Source: Oikopleura dioica (lineage: Eukaryota; Animalia; Chordata). Taken from it: a DNA stretch of 64,000 bases. The translations under genes were made by a program, and so were the position numbers. The notes below the pieces were generated by a model, which saw nothing but the letters and a program-made list of their open reading frames with translations, was not told the origin of the DNA and searched no databases. The stretch lies in assembly GCA_907165135.1 (NCBI GenBank), contig OU015567.1, positions 12,276,001-12,340,000 on the forward strand. Direction: 5' to 3'. Shown here one piece after another: positions 52,318-64,000 of this stretch (its first letter is position 1; every line of letters begins with the position of its first letter).

Positions 52318-52860
52318 ATGAATAGAATAGTCGGATTTCGTCGATATTTGACAACTTCCAGCGCCTTGTCTTGGCGAAATCGTCGGGGCCGAACGACTAT
52401 CGCCGGCTACGGTCCAGCGCATTTCGTGAAAGATGTCGACACAATGCTGAGGAATCCTTTCGAAGGATCAAAAGCAAAATATAGAATTTTCGGCTCATTA
52501 GTTTGGGATTCAACAACTTTTAGCAAAATTAAAATTTGTGAGACAAAAGTGAACTGTGCTTGACATATCCTTGTGAAAGCTCTGTTTATTTTGATCGTTA
52601 ATGGTATTATGCTCGCGCTGGAGGATAATTACGGCATTTCGAAAAGAAGTAACGCGCAATTAATGGACTTCTATCCAGAGAGAATGGGCGAAAGATATGT
52701 TTATGAGGAAAATAATAAACGGCGGCTGGGGGATTTGCATGCGCACGAGCTTGTCATGCTCGAAAATGACGCTAAAGGAAAGGTTTTCAAAATAGATATT
52801 CGCCGCTTCTTTTAGACAATATCTTTAACAAAAAATAATCAAATAAAAAACCTCAAATAG
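52318..52860 (+). CDS. Small protein with mitochondrial-type transit peptide, unidentified
   Basis: MNRIVGFRRYLTTSSALSWRNRRGRTT (Arg/Ser/Thr-rich, no acidic residues), with further exons to ~52860. Confidence 0.5.
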
Positions 52861-52989
52861 CAATTATTGAATTGAAAAGAAAGATGATTGCTCAATCCGA
52901 GGCAGTGAAAGAATAACTTCTCTCTTTGCTTTTTTCTGTATATTAAATCTAACTTATTCGATTTAAATCTTCGATATATCGACTTTAGA

Positions 52990-54431
52990 ATGGCAATAGA
53001 CGTCAAGAACACAATCGCTCAATGGCGTCAAGAAATCGTCATGACTTTGAAGGAGTCAACGAAATCGGCCCGCATTCTTTGCGTTCTTCTTGTTTTCTTC
53101 TATGCTCTCAGTGGTTACATCCTGGTAGCTCATCCTTTTCTCTTCCATTCTTAATTTTTTCTAGGGCGGGCTCGCGATCACTCCCGGCTATCTCTTCCCA
53201 CCGAAATTTTGGGTTTGGACGTTGATCACAAGCCCGATGATCGAGAACACATTTCTGATGGTTTTCGGCGGCTTGACAGTGATCCTTGGCGCTTCACGAC
53301 TTCTTGAGCCACTTTGGGGCGAGAAAGAGTTCTGCATTTTCTTTGGTAAAGCCTTTTCAAGTTTTCATTAGGGACCTGCCCTCATTTTTAGCTGTTGTAA
53401 GCGCGATGTCAGGCTTTTGAGCGCCATTGTCTACCTCGTCTGCTACGCCGTTGTTTTCAATGACGACTTGCTCTTTGCTACGAGTATTCATGGACTTGCC
53501 AGCTTCAAGGTAATCTTGTACAGCTGCACTTTTATTGAGCACTTTCTAGGCTGGCGTTTTCGTAGCGCTCAAGCAATCCCGAGGAGAAGACACCGTCATT
53601 TTCAGACTCAAAGTCAAACAAATCCCGTTCACTTATTTGTGCTGTGCTGCTGTTCTCTGCATGACGGAAATCAGTAAGGCCAAAAATAAACGGACAAATA
53701 TTTACAGTACTCTTTCTCTTTCAAGTTTCTTTTTCGTACTTCGTCATGCTCAACACTGGCATGTTCTCAGCCTGGATTTATTTGCGATTCTTCCAGCAGC
53801 ACTCCCGCGGCAGAGGTGACCTAGCTGATCACTTCGCTTTTGCTACGTTTTATCCTAAGATTTTCCGCGTAAGTCTTCAACTTCCTTTCGTTTCCGCGCT
53901 TGATTGAAAGTGTGAAAGAATCTCTTCCTTGGTGGTTGTTAAAACAATAGCATTCAGATTCGGTGTTTTACGACCATCAAATAAAAACTTACGATTCTTT
54001 TTGTAGGGTCCGGTTGGATTCCTGTCAAACATTATTTGGAACATTTTGGTAAAACTTCGAATTTGCCAGAGAGCCACTTATAAATATGACGTTGCTGCTG
54101 CATCCAACATTACCATCAGGTAATAATCATCATTTTTTCCAGTGCAAGACAAACACGACACATGCAGAAGAATCATATGATAAACATCCCAATTTGTAGT
54201 CTTCCTGGAACAAGCGAGGCAGATGCAGAGAGGCGTCGGAAAAAGGCTCTTGCTGCTCTTCAGGAAAGAATGGCAACGATTGAGTCTCCGGAGGAAGGAT
54301 GGTCGGACGAGGAGGAAACTCCTAAAGGTCAAATATCTCACGGTCCACTCAAAATTCACATTTTTCTAGCGCCAGAGAAAGCGGAAGCATCGGTAAAGAT
54401 CGAGAACGAAGTTGCAGACCCAGTTGCTTAA
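52990..54431 (+). CDS. TMEM115: Transmembrane protein 115
   Basis: LAITPGYLFPPKFWVWTL, LLEPLWGEKEF, AGVFVALKQ, FYSSTPAAEVT-like exon, DAERRRKKALAALQERM. Confidence 0.85.
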
Positions 54432-54539
54432 AATTTCAAGACCTTCCCTTTGTCTAGCCGCAATTGCCTTCCTACAGTTATTCAATAGCTGTAACTGCCA
54501 TATAATTATAAATAATCACCAGGGAATCCTCCCTGGCTG

Positions 54540-54997
54540 CAGGGATCTAAATTTTTCCCGAAAATCGCAATTTGCGAATATTTTGCGATTGCGATGCGAA
54601 ATTTCGCAGAAAATTCGCAATCGCAAATTATTTTGATCGAATCGCAATCGCATCGCAATCGCAACTCAGTTTTCGTCAATAATTCGCAAATTGCGATTTT
54701 TTGCGAACTTTGGTCTTGTCAAGATGCTCCTTCGTTATTCTGACATGGGTTTTCTTTGACTCAGAGCCTATTTTCTGTGTTCTAAAGGCTTAATTGTAAG
54801 GCTGACCTCAAAAATAGTCTTAAATCCTTTGAAAAATTACTTTTACGCTAAAATTTCGCAAATGGCGACAAAATCGCAATTCGCGAAAAATTCGCAATTT
54901 GCGAAAAAAATCGCAATCGCATCGCAATTTCCGGACTATTTTGCGTCGCAATCGCATCGCAATCGCAATTGATTTTCGGCAAAAATTTAGATCCCTG
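54540..54997. mobile_element. 458-bp hAT-type MITE with 8-bp TSD and internal TCGCAA/TTGCGA arrays
   Basis: TIR CAGGGATCTAAATTTT.CCGAAAATC / GATTTTCGGCAAAAATTTAGATCCCTG. TSD CCTGGCTG at 54532-54539 and 54998-55005. Confidence 0.92.
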
Positions 54998-55340
54998 CCT
55001 GGCTGAAGAGAAAACACCACCTTGTGCAATTATTTAAGTTCATACTTCTTCTCAAAGTACTTTTTTTGAAAAATACTCTTTATATATATTCAACCCTTAC
55101 TCACACCTTTGTATCCTGTGCAAAAATCAACTTTCTACACTTCTGTTACTGGGGTTTTCTTCTTTAGAAGAAACAAGTTCTGTTATTTCGAACGAAATTA
55201 TTTCGTTCGTATCCATTTTAGTTCCTTTATAATACTTACAGCTTCACCTATCTTCAATACCTGAATTCTAAAATTATAAATTTTCAGAAAAGAATAAAAC
55301 ATCTAGTAGTCGAGTCGTTAGTCATTAGCATTCTTGTAAA

Positions 55341-57942
55341 ATGGGATGTCTCATGTCAAAACCAAAGCCTCCCAAGGCGCCTGGACCATCGGGAGGCCCA
55401 TTCAACAATGTAAATCAACAGCAGGGTTCAAAATCACCTCACCTAAAGGTGCACCTTGTTCAATTTAGGTGAGGTGCAAATTGTCACCTCACCCACCTCA
55501 CCTAAAATTTTTCAGATTTAAGCTTTTTTAGGTGCACCTAAAAGGTGCACCTTTTTTGAAATCATCACCTCACCCACCTCACCTAAAACTTTCGAGATTT
55601 GGGCCTTTTCTAGGTGCACCTAAAGGTGCACCTTTTTTGTGATCATCACCTCACCTCACCTCACCTAGGAATGTTTTGATTTTAGGTGCACCTTTTTTCT
55701 CGGTGAGTTGTTTTAAAGTTTGAAATTCAAACTTGGCTGTTGATTTCGAGTCCTTTGGTAATACCCAACATTTTTTACTGGGCAACCCGCAGATTCTTCA
55801 ACCTTTACCCCAGGGCTGTCGATTTCGAGTCCTTTCAAATTACCCGCGACTTTTTTCCGGGTAACCCGGAAGTTTTAACGCTTTATAATAATTACTCGCT
55901 TACAATTAAAATCCGTGCCCACACTTGATCAATTATCACCTAAATTTCACCCACCTCACCTAAAAAACTTCCAAAATCCGTCTTTTTAGGTGCACCTAAA
56001 AGGTGCACCCTTTTTCGGAATATCACCTCACCCACCTCACCTAATACTTTTCAAAAATTGTCTTTTTAGGTGCACCTAAAAGGTGCACCTTTTCCAATCT
56101 ATCACCTCACCCACCTCACCTAAAATTTTTGAGATTTGGGACTTTTTAGGTGCACCTAAAGGTGCACCTTTTTTGTACTCATCACCTCACCTCACCTCAC
56201 CTAAAAACTAGGTGATTTTGAACCCTGATCAACAGTCTTTCATGGCGCAAGATGCTCCAATTCATATCCAACCGGGTCAAACACATCGTCAACAACCACC
56301 TCCTCATCAAAATCCCTACACAGAAACTAGCGCTATCAATAATTACGTTGCTCTTTTCGACTATCAAGCTCGAATGGAAGGCGATTTGAGTTTTAACAAA
56401 GGAGAAAGGCTTATTATTTTGAACAATAATCAAGGTTAAAACTATCAAGAAATAAATACATTTTTATACCAATTTAGGCGACTGGTGGGAGGCAAAGAAG
56501 CTAACTACCGGAGAGCGCGGTTATGTCCCCTCTAATTATGTCGCCGAAGCTGACAGTATAAAGGCAAAAGAGTGGTTCTTCGGGCCAATTCGCAGAGTGG
56601 ACGCCGAACGATGTCTTGGAAACAGAGCTCCAGGCACCTTTCTCATTCGGGAGGCTGAAACCATGGTCAATACTTATAGGTTTGCGGCTACTTCTTTCGA
56701 ACGGATGATGAGCGATTTTTTAGTCTTTCTGTTGTATCTGAATCGCGAGCTGTCAAACATTATAGAATACGAAGATTAGATAATGGTGGGTTTTATATTT
56801 CAACTAGAGTGACGTTTGCAACGATGGACGATCTTGTTTTACACTACTCTAGGACGAGTGATGGACTCTGGTAAATCTTCCCCAAGATGAAAATGCGGCT
56901 AACTAACGTTTGCTTTCTAGTTGTCGATTGCTTCAGTCATGCCCACAGGAAATTGCGGATGTTCGAGATCTAGGGCGAGATGTTTGGGAAGTAAATCATC
57001 GAGACATTCAGCTGACCGATAAACTCGGTAGTGGAATGTTCGGAGAGGTAAACAGCTCTTTCTATGAGCCTTTTCTAAGTTGCGTTTTAGGTCTGGAAAG
57101 GCATCTGGAACGGAAGAGTAGACGTTGCCGTCAAGAAAATGAAGCCTGGATCGATGGATCCTGAAGCTTTCAAAGCAGAAGCGACAGTCATGAAGACCTT
57201 GAGGCATCCAAGATTAGTCTCATTATTTGCCGTATGCTCATCCGAGCCGTTGATGATCATTACGGAAATTATGACCAATGGATCCCTGCTTACGTATTTG
57301 AAAGATCGAGCAGGAAAGCATGCAACTCTGCCACAGCTCATAGATATGGGAACGATGGTTGCGCAAGGAATGGCCTACATAGAGGTGAATAAAAGCTTTT
57401 CTATGTTTTTCTTGAACATTGATCTAGCGCATGAACTACATCCACAGAGATGTTCGAGCAGACAACATGCTTGTCGGTCAAAACGGAATCGTCAAAGTGG
57501 GCGATTTCGGCCTCGCCCGATTGTTGGACGAAAACATTTACAATCCCGATTCTGCAAACATCAAATTCCCAATCAAGTGGACCGCTCCAGAAGCGGCTTT
57601 GTACTTTAAATTCACGATTAAATCCGATGTCTGGAGTTTCGGAGTATTGATGACAGAGATTATAACGAGAGGAAGGACGCCATATCCAGGAATGAACAAC
57701 AGACAGGTCAGAGGATCCTTCTAAATTGCGTGTTACAAGATTTTTTTCAGGTTTTGGACTTTGTAGAACGCGGAGAAAGGATGACAAAACCGAGCCAGTG
57801 TCCGCCCCATCTTTGGGAAATCATTATGTCGTGCTGGCAAGAGCAAGCTGACCGTAGGCCAACCTTCGAAGCTCTTCAAAATCAACTGGAGGACTTCTTC
57901 ATCGGCGCAGAAAAGCAATATGCTGATACTGGCGGCTTCTAA
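55341..57942 (+). CDS. Src-family tyrosine kinase (SH4-SH3-SH2-kinase)
   Basis: MGCLMSK myristoylation start. SH3 [23 protein letters not shown]2 WFFG..GTFLIRE. Kinase [34 protein letters not shown]. Tail [16 protein letters not shown]. Confidence 0.95.
55422..56227. mobile_element. 806-bp hAT-type MITE with 8-bp TSD inserted in Src coding exon 1
   Basis: TIR CAGGGTTCAAAATCACCT / AGGTGATTTTGAACCCTG. TSD ATCAACAG at 55414-55421 and 56228-56235. Internal TCACC and AGGTGCACCT arrays. Confidence 0.92.
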
Positions 57943-58663
57943 GAAACTCTCTCCTATCTGGAAATATTTTTCTCGCTCCCTCTCAAGATCAATTACTATC
58001 AATTTTCGGACAACAATGCAATAACAGATCTACCAATCCGCCAAAACGCTTTCAAAATTGAGAATCACCCTGAAAAGATTTTCTTCAATCGTGCCCCCAA
58101 TTTTCTAAAAAAAAAAATGTGAAAACGCACCTCTTGTCATCAAACCAAAGAATTTATTTTCAATTTGTACAGTTTAATTTAAGAAAAAACAAATAACAAC
58201 TTGAAGTGTTTTCATAGACGACCCCGACATTTTTTTCTTTTTATGAAATGAGATCAGACCGCTTCCTTATCAGTTATCGATTTTCGCTTTTTAATGGTAC
58301 CAATTTATTGTTCATATTTAACCCTTATCCTCCTAAAATGCCTTTTGTTCCTTTTATCATTCCTACCATTTTACGTTTATTTCACCTTGAGCGTCTCTAG
58401 CTCTACTAGGTAGTCTAGTAGGTAGGACTCTGAAAAAGACTTTTGCTACACGCCTATTGCTTCCTACAATCTCTAACTGTGACTGTATAAAAACCCAACT
58501 TAGAAGAAAAATAATACCTGCCCTTCCATTTCTGTTCCCATTTCTTTCAACCTGAACTACGAGTGATTTTTTAATGTGCAATTACTAAATATACGAAAAA
58601 AAACATCAAGTCTTTTATCAATCGTTTTTTAAGATGAGGTAAGATAAAAGTGAAGACAAAAAG

Positions 58664-59438
58664 ATGAATGTTTTGGCAAGTTGCTGTGGCCCTTGTTTTG
58701 GCTGGGAGACGCTTGTTGAGGAGCCTGAAGGTGAGAAAGAATGTGGTTGAAAGAGGCTGCGGTCTTATTTTTGACGGCTCCCTTCCTTTAATTCATTACA
58801 AGCCTAAAACTATCCTAGATACAGCAAGCCGGCCTCAAGTTAAACTCGACGCCCTAAACATGGGATTGGATGCAGTTATCGTTAAAAATGGCACACGCGT
58901 CTGTGGATCTGGTGCAGTTCTCGCTTCCGCCCCGATTATGCAGGATAAGGCTTATTTTGAAGGTAGATACAGAGTCCACATTACAGACATTGAGACAAAA
59001 CGATGCTCATGTGAGTGTTCTAGTGAAGGTTCAGTCTGATGGGATCTGGGGGTGTGGCGTGGCCGCAGAACAGTGTGACCTAAACAAAGTCCCTACTACT
59101 GACAAGTCGTGGATGCTGACGTCGGAGAGGACAATTCAAAAAGAAGGGACAGATGTAGAAAGCGTCGATGAGATTTGCGAGGGAGATGTGATCGGAGTCA
59201 CTTATGACCACGTCGAGTTGCAGTTCTACCTCAATAGCAATCCTCTAGGTAATTCTTTGTAGAACCTTATCAGTCTAACTTATTATTGTTAGGGAATCCC
59301 GTAACAGGAATCCGAGGAAAAATCTACCCAATTCTGTACGTCGATGAATCCGCCATCTTAGACGTTGAATTCGTCCATTTCCGAAACATGCCTCCTTCCG
59401 GCTTTGGCCAGATTATGTTCGAACAAAATATTTTATAA
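58664..59438 (+). CDS. SPRYD7: SPRY domain-containing protein 7
   Basis: VKLDALNMGLDAVIVKNGTRVCGSGAVLASAP..QDKAYFE, EGDVIGVTYDHVEL, GIRGKIYPILYVDESAILD, IMFEQNIL*. Confidence 0.92.
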
Positions 59439-59805
59439 AACCAATCTAGTTCTGTTTCAAAAGCTCCTCCTATATTTTCGATTCTTGACCTAATTTATAC
59501 ATATTCAGACAATTCGAATAGAATATTATTTTTCTAAGTTTTTTCTTGTTCCAAACCAATTTTTAAATTTGTGAATATAAATTTTCAGTTTCAGAACAAT
59601 TATAACATGCCTTCAAGTTACAGTATATCGAAATTATTATATAACATTTTATTCATGTGCTCATTTTTCTCCATTTCCAAACAGTACCTTACAGTATCTA
59701 CCGGTAGTTCTCTGCAACTCTTCTTTGCCGACTTACAATACTGACAAAATTTGTACAGATCAGCATCGAAAATTTCGATTGTTTCAGATAAAGAAATCGG
59801 CCGCC

Positions 59806-60221
59806 ATGGAAAAACAAGAAACCGAAGAGGTCGAAAAAGTCGATGATCTCTTGAACACATTTAACTCCCAGCTCAAGTTTGAGCAAAAGCAGATCAGAAC
59901 AAAACCAGCAAAAGATTTAAGCCTTACAAATCGAAGAAAAGAAAGTCGAAGAAATCAGCATCAAAGGTTAGAAATTGAACTCTTCCTTGATTTCAACGAT
60001 CTGTATTTTTTCAGGAAGAGGCAAAAGCTATCCCTGAGAAACGTCCTTCTCCAGTGTTTAAAAATTGCTCGATCGAAAGTCGCTCCACTGAGTTTTCGCC
60101 AGAAGACCTTCCTCCTTGCTACGAGGAAGAAGTGAATGTCAATGAACTTTGCGCGTATCTGGAAAACGCCGAACTTATTCCACGAAAAATGTCCAGCATG
60201 GCAGAAGCTATCTATGGCTGA
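59806..60221 (+). CDS. OSER1: Oxidative stress-responsive serine-rich protein 1-like
   Basis: C-terminus VNVNELCAYLENAELIPRKMSSMAEAIYG* resembles the OSER1 motif [30 protein letters not shown]. Confidence 0.6.
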
Positions 60222-60502
60222 ATGTTTCTTTGTTCTCTCCTTATACCTCCTCCTCTTTTATTTTATTGTCATTTATTTGCATTTATACTAAAATTATAAA
60301 AACAACAACGACTGATAATTTTTGTGTTTCTCTTATTTAAATTGCGAAAAAATCTTTTTCGCGATTTTTTCAAATCTCTGGTTCAACTTTTTCTGATCTG
60401 TCCTGCTTTCAATTCTTCCGAAAAAACTACTCATTCACAGAAAAACAAATAGTCCATTACCATCTACTCAATTTTAGAAAGTTTCCTCCAGTCAATCCAA
60501 TT

Positions 60503-61005
60503 ATGCCAGAGAAAGATGAAAAACCCGTCACTGCCGAAAAAGTAAGAGCCGTTTACCGAGGCACTCTTTGACGTTGTATTCTAGCAAGAACTCATTGATC
60601 TCTACAAGCAAAAAGTTGAGCTACAGAAATGCCTGATGGACTTGGAAAAGCAAATCTATGGTTTCGAAGAAGGATATCTAAATGATACGAGAGAGTGAGT
60701 CTTTCTTTGTTTTCCCAGTTGACCGAATTTTGAAGCTTTGGAAATGTTGTCATCGGTTGGGAAAATTTCAACGCTGAGTCGAACAGAAACAGAAACAAGG
60801 TTGACAAAAAACATACTGCCAAAAGAATTAGAAATTCTGAACGAATCTTCAGCACGTCTAGGTTTGATTTCGCATACAAATTTTTATTTACCGACAATTT
60901 AGCGTTACGTCTTTTGAAGTCAACCCATCGCTGAAGGAAAAAGACACAGACGATGAAGGGCAAATCGATGAAAACCCCAAGAAAAAGAAGAAAAAAGCCG
61001 CTTAA
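60503..61005 (+). CDS. MEAF6: Chromatin modification-related protein Eaf6
   Basis: LMDLEKQIYGFEEGYLNDT/FGNVVIGW..., ERIFSTS. Confidence 0.88.
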
Positions 61006-61579
61006 TTTCCTTTTCTCTGTTTTTCCTTTCATATTCAATACATTCATTAAAAACCCAAAAGGCACAAATAAACAGCAGCATTTTCAGGCTTTAGCATGCC
61101 CTGATTCTTTATTGACGCAACTCTGTATCTATATGAACCGCAGAATGACCACCAGGTTGGTCCAATCGCCACCGTGCAGCAGCCTTTTAATAACAAAAAC
61201 GCGACACTTAGAAAAAAAACGAGTAGCGAGTCTTCACCTTTTCAGCCGGAGCTTATTGAATTAGAAAGAGCAAGGCATTTTTATTTTGACAAGAAAAATG
61301 TGCAGTCTTATTTTTATAGGAAAATTAGTTCTAAGACAAGAGAATCTTCAACAGACTGAATGTTGCAGAAAAAAGTGTTTGTTAAAAATTTAATTGAAAT
61401 TGTTAAAACAATAAATAATAAATATTAAAAAAACAAATTGACTTTTAATTGAAATTTTCTTTATAAACTGTAGTAGAGCTAATAAGAGCGTATTTTATTA
61501 TTTAGAATTCCTCAAAAAAAACCTTCAGTTTCTCCATTGAATCGGAATCTGACAGGGCACGTATTCGTTGCAGTTGGGA

Positions 61580-62747
61580 ATGTTGCAACGCGCAACTTTG
61601 ATGCTCTCTGGCCGAGTGGTTCCCAGCTGGCTGAGGGTCGGTGTAGCGAGCCGGCGGCAGTATTCGAGCTCGAATGAAAAAAGGGAGAATGTAAAAAAGA
61701 CGCTGAGCTCAAGAACGGACTCGGATATGGCGCGTTTCTTCCTCCAGGGCACAATACCGAAACAGATTCCCAGACACCTTCATGACGACTTTATCCAGCT
61801 TACTAAATATGAACAAGGGAAGGAGTGGACAACATCGTTTTTTACTCAAGAGCCATACAATGTAACTAAGTTTATATACCAATTTCTAATTGAGAAAATC
61901 CACTTGTGAGAACGCATCTACGAAAAATATTCAAAACTCGCTGAAGCAGAAACTTCTTCAAATAGCGCCGAAAGTATTATTTCTGTCGAGTATTTTACTC
62001 TGAATCAGAGAAGACAGATCGTCGAATTGTCGCGTGGAGGTTTGTCTGCGGATTTAATTGCCCTGCAATTTCGAGTGCCAGTAGAAGGGATTGATGATGT
62101 CCTGGAGAAAAATGAAGAACTGCGGAGAAAGAGACCAAGGTAAGAGAAACACGATAGAATTTTTCTAGTATTTTATTCTGGCTCAGATCGTGTGAAGTAG
62201 ATTTTGAGAGTTTTTAAGTCATTTTATAGTTCTTCCTGATGCCATCAGGCTGATGGAACTCGTATCGAACCTGTAGAAGTAGCTCACATTTGAAATAAAA
62301 ATAATTTTTTTTCTCTTCTTGCTTTAGGTTTATATAGGCGTCTCTTATGGTCGAAGGAGCGTTAATCAATCTTCAGTCAACCGTTTTATTTTGAAATTTT
62401 CCATGCACGATTTCATTCTTTGGTATATACCTAGGATATATCCTTGCAAACGAACCAAATTTACCATCAAGCCTTTCCGACTTTTCTAAATATCCTTCTA
62501 ATACTCTCTGATTTTTAGCATCGAAGATGAAATTTGGATTAATCAGCGAGCAAACAGTTTGATGAAAGAAAGTCTATGGGGATTCAAAACTCCCGACGCT
62601 TACAAAAGAGTCCGCGCTGGGAAGAAGCGGGTTATTCGCGACTACAAACAGAGAAAAGAGGCTTATCCTCCCCTACTTGAAAACCCAGACCCGAAAGTTG
62701 AAAACTTTCATGTCTCTGTCATCGATTCTAAAAACTCCCCAGTTTAA
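61580..62747 (+). CDS. Probable mitochondrial protein, unidentified (spliced)
   Basis: Transit-like MLQRATLMLSGRVVPSWLRVGVASRRQYSSS, with several GT-AG exons to VIDSKNSPV*. Confidence 0.45.
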
Positions 62748-62780
62748 AGGCATCAAAATTAACCAAAGGGTCATTTTAGA

Positions 62781-63245
62781 ATGAATATCTCGTCTTTATT
62801 TCTTATCTTTCACGCGACGGTCACAGCTCAAGAAGCCGAAATCACCACAAAAGCAAGCCCAGTTGACTTGTCTAACTCGACAGAGGCAGAAGTTGAGCCA
62901 GAGGTCGAAAACATGGCAAACCCAGCAACAGAAAGTCCAGATTTATCTCCTAAAAATGGAACGACTACAGATACGCCTCTTGTTCGTCCAATTACCAGGT
63001 ATCTATGGCCAATTATACGTAGATTCGTAAACGCATGATCAAATAGATAGTGCTCTTTGAATTATCCTAATCAATCAACATAGCTAAGATATGATATCTT
63101 CTTCAATTCTAGCGCACCCATTGAATCCGGCTTCGACTTCGGCAGCTTCATCGGTGGCGCCGTTCTAGCGTTTGGCGTCACGGCAACGGTCTATTTCGGC
63201 ATAAAATTCTACCGCGCGCATAATCCCGATTATCGTCATATTTAA
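62781..63245 (+). CDS. CD164/porimin (TMEM123)-like sialomucin
   Basis: Signal, S/T/P-rich ectodomain, GFDFGSFIGGAVLAFG TM and YRHI* lysosomal-type tail. Confidence 0.82.
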
Positions 63246-63617
63246 AAGTCGCTCATAAAAATACGCAAATCGTACTCCAACTTTGTATCAATCCATATAT
63301 TTCAAGAATGAGCTTCTTTGCCGATTCCTACCGCTAGAAATCGGCAAAAAAGCGTCATTTTTACACACTTTTGTTCATAATTTATGATAGTCATTATTTT
63401 CCTTCTTCGTATAAAATCAAACCGTCTCGTGTTATACAGTCATTTTACTCACGCCTTTTTATTCTTCAACCTTCGAAGGACTTTTTATCATGACACACAC
63501 AAATACAGTTTACTCGTTCAATCTCTTTTGCAAAAACAAACTTTTAAACCGCCAAAATACGAAAAATAAAATCGCAACAAAAAAAAACAACCGTTTTTAA
63601 CTTGTGTTACTTGCAGA

Positions 63618-64000
63618 ATGATTGTTTTATTTTCGGGAAAGCGGAAATCGGGGAAGGATTTTGTTGCAGAAAAGCTTCAGGTTTGCTTTTTTCTAGGATA
63701 AGGGCTTATTTTAAACCCCCTTTCAAGGCTCTCAACCCTTTTTCTCGGCCAATGAGAATCATCAGACTTTCTGCACCTTTGAAAAAAGCATACGCATCAG
63801 AGCATCCTGGAGTTGACTATCAACAACTTCTGGTAAAAACCCTTATCTACCCTTAAATTTTTATCTTAGCTACTGTAGACTAGTGGGGAGTACAAGGAAA
63901 AGTACAGAGCAGATATGGTTCGCTGGGGTGAAGCAAAGCGAAATTCTGACCCGAATTATTTTGTGAAACTTTCTTTTGCTGACTTGGATGTTCATTTGTA
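63618..64000 (+). CDS. PMVK: Phosphomevalonate kinase (5' part, runs off the window)
   Basis: LFSGKRKSGKDFV, IIRLSAPLK..YA, YKEKYRADMVRWGEAKR..DP. Confidence 0.92.

Overview
Compact, intron-rich eukaryotic DNA with many 30-60 nt introns, some GA-AG introns and oikosin-like Cys-rich domains. It is most consistent with the appendicularian tunicate Oikopleura (inferred, not verified). The left arm (1-15.4 kb) encodes secreted or surface proteins: an MMP, an LDLa-like protein, a poly-Thr mucin-like protein and two serine proteases. The right arm (37.9-64 kb) holds a sulfotransferase, hexosaminidase and ZNHIT3, followed by a long co-directional run of housekeeping genes (TFIIS, GCK-III kinase, CFAP91, TBCB, TMEM115, Src-family kinase, SPRYD7, OSER1-like, MEAF6, CD164-like, PMVK). 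The main discovery is a 17,586-bp element at 15391-32976, with ~287-bp near-perfect terminal inverted repeats and a 3-bp ACT target duplication, inserted into a coding exon of a host gene that resumes in frame on the other side. It carries a spliced zinc-finger / Sola-like DDD transposase / Ulp1-protease fusion, a second SENP-like protease, an intron-containing gene built like a class I viral fusion (env-like) glycoprotein, a decayed CFAP43 fragment and other cargo. Several MITEs with clear TSDs are present, two inside coding exons with splice sites that would remove them in frame. Exon boundaries were read by eye and are approximate. Recurrent 1-bp homopolymer deletions in conserved genes suggest assembly errors.
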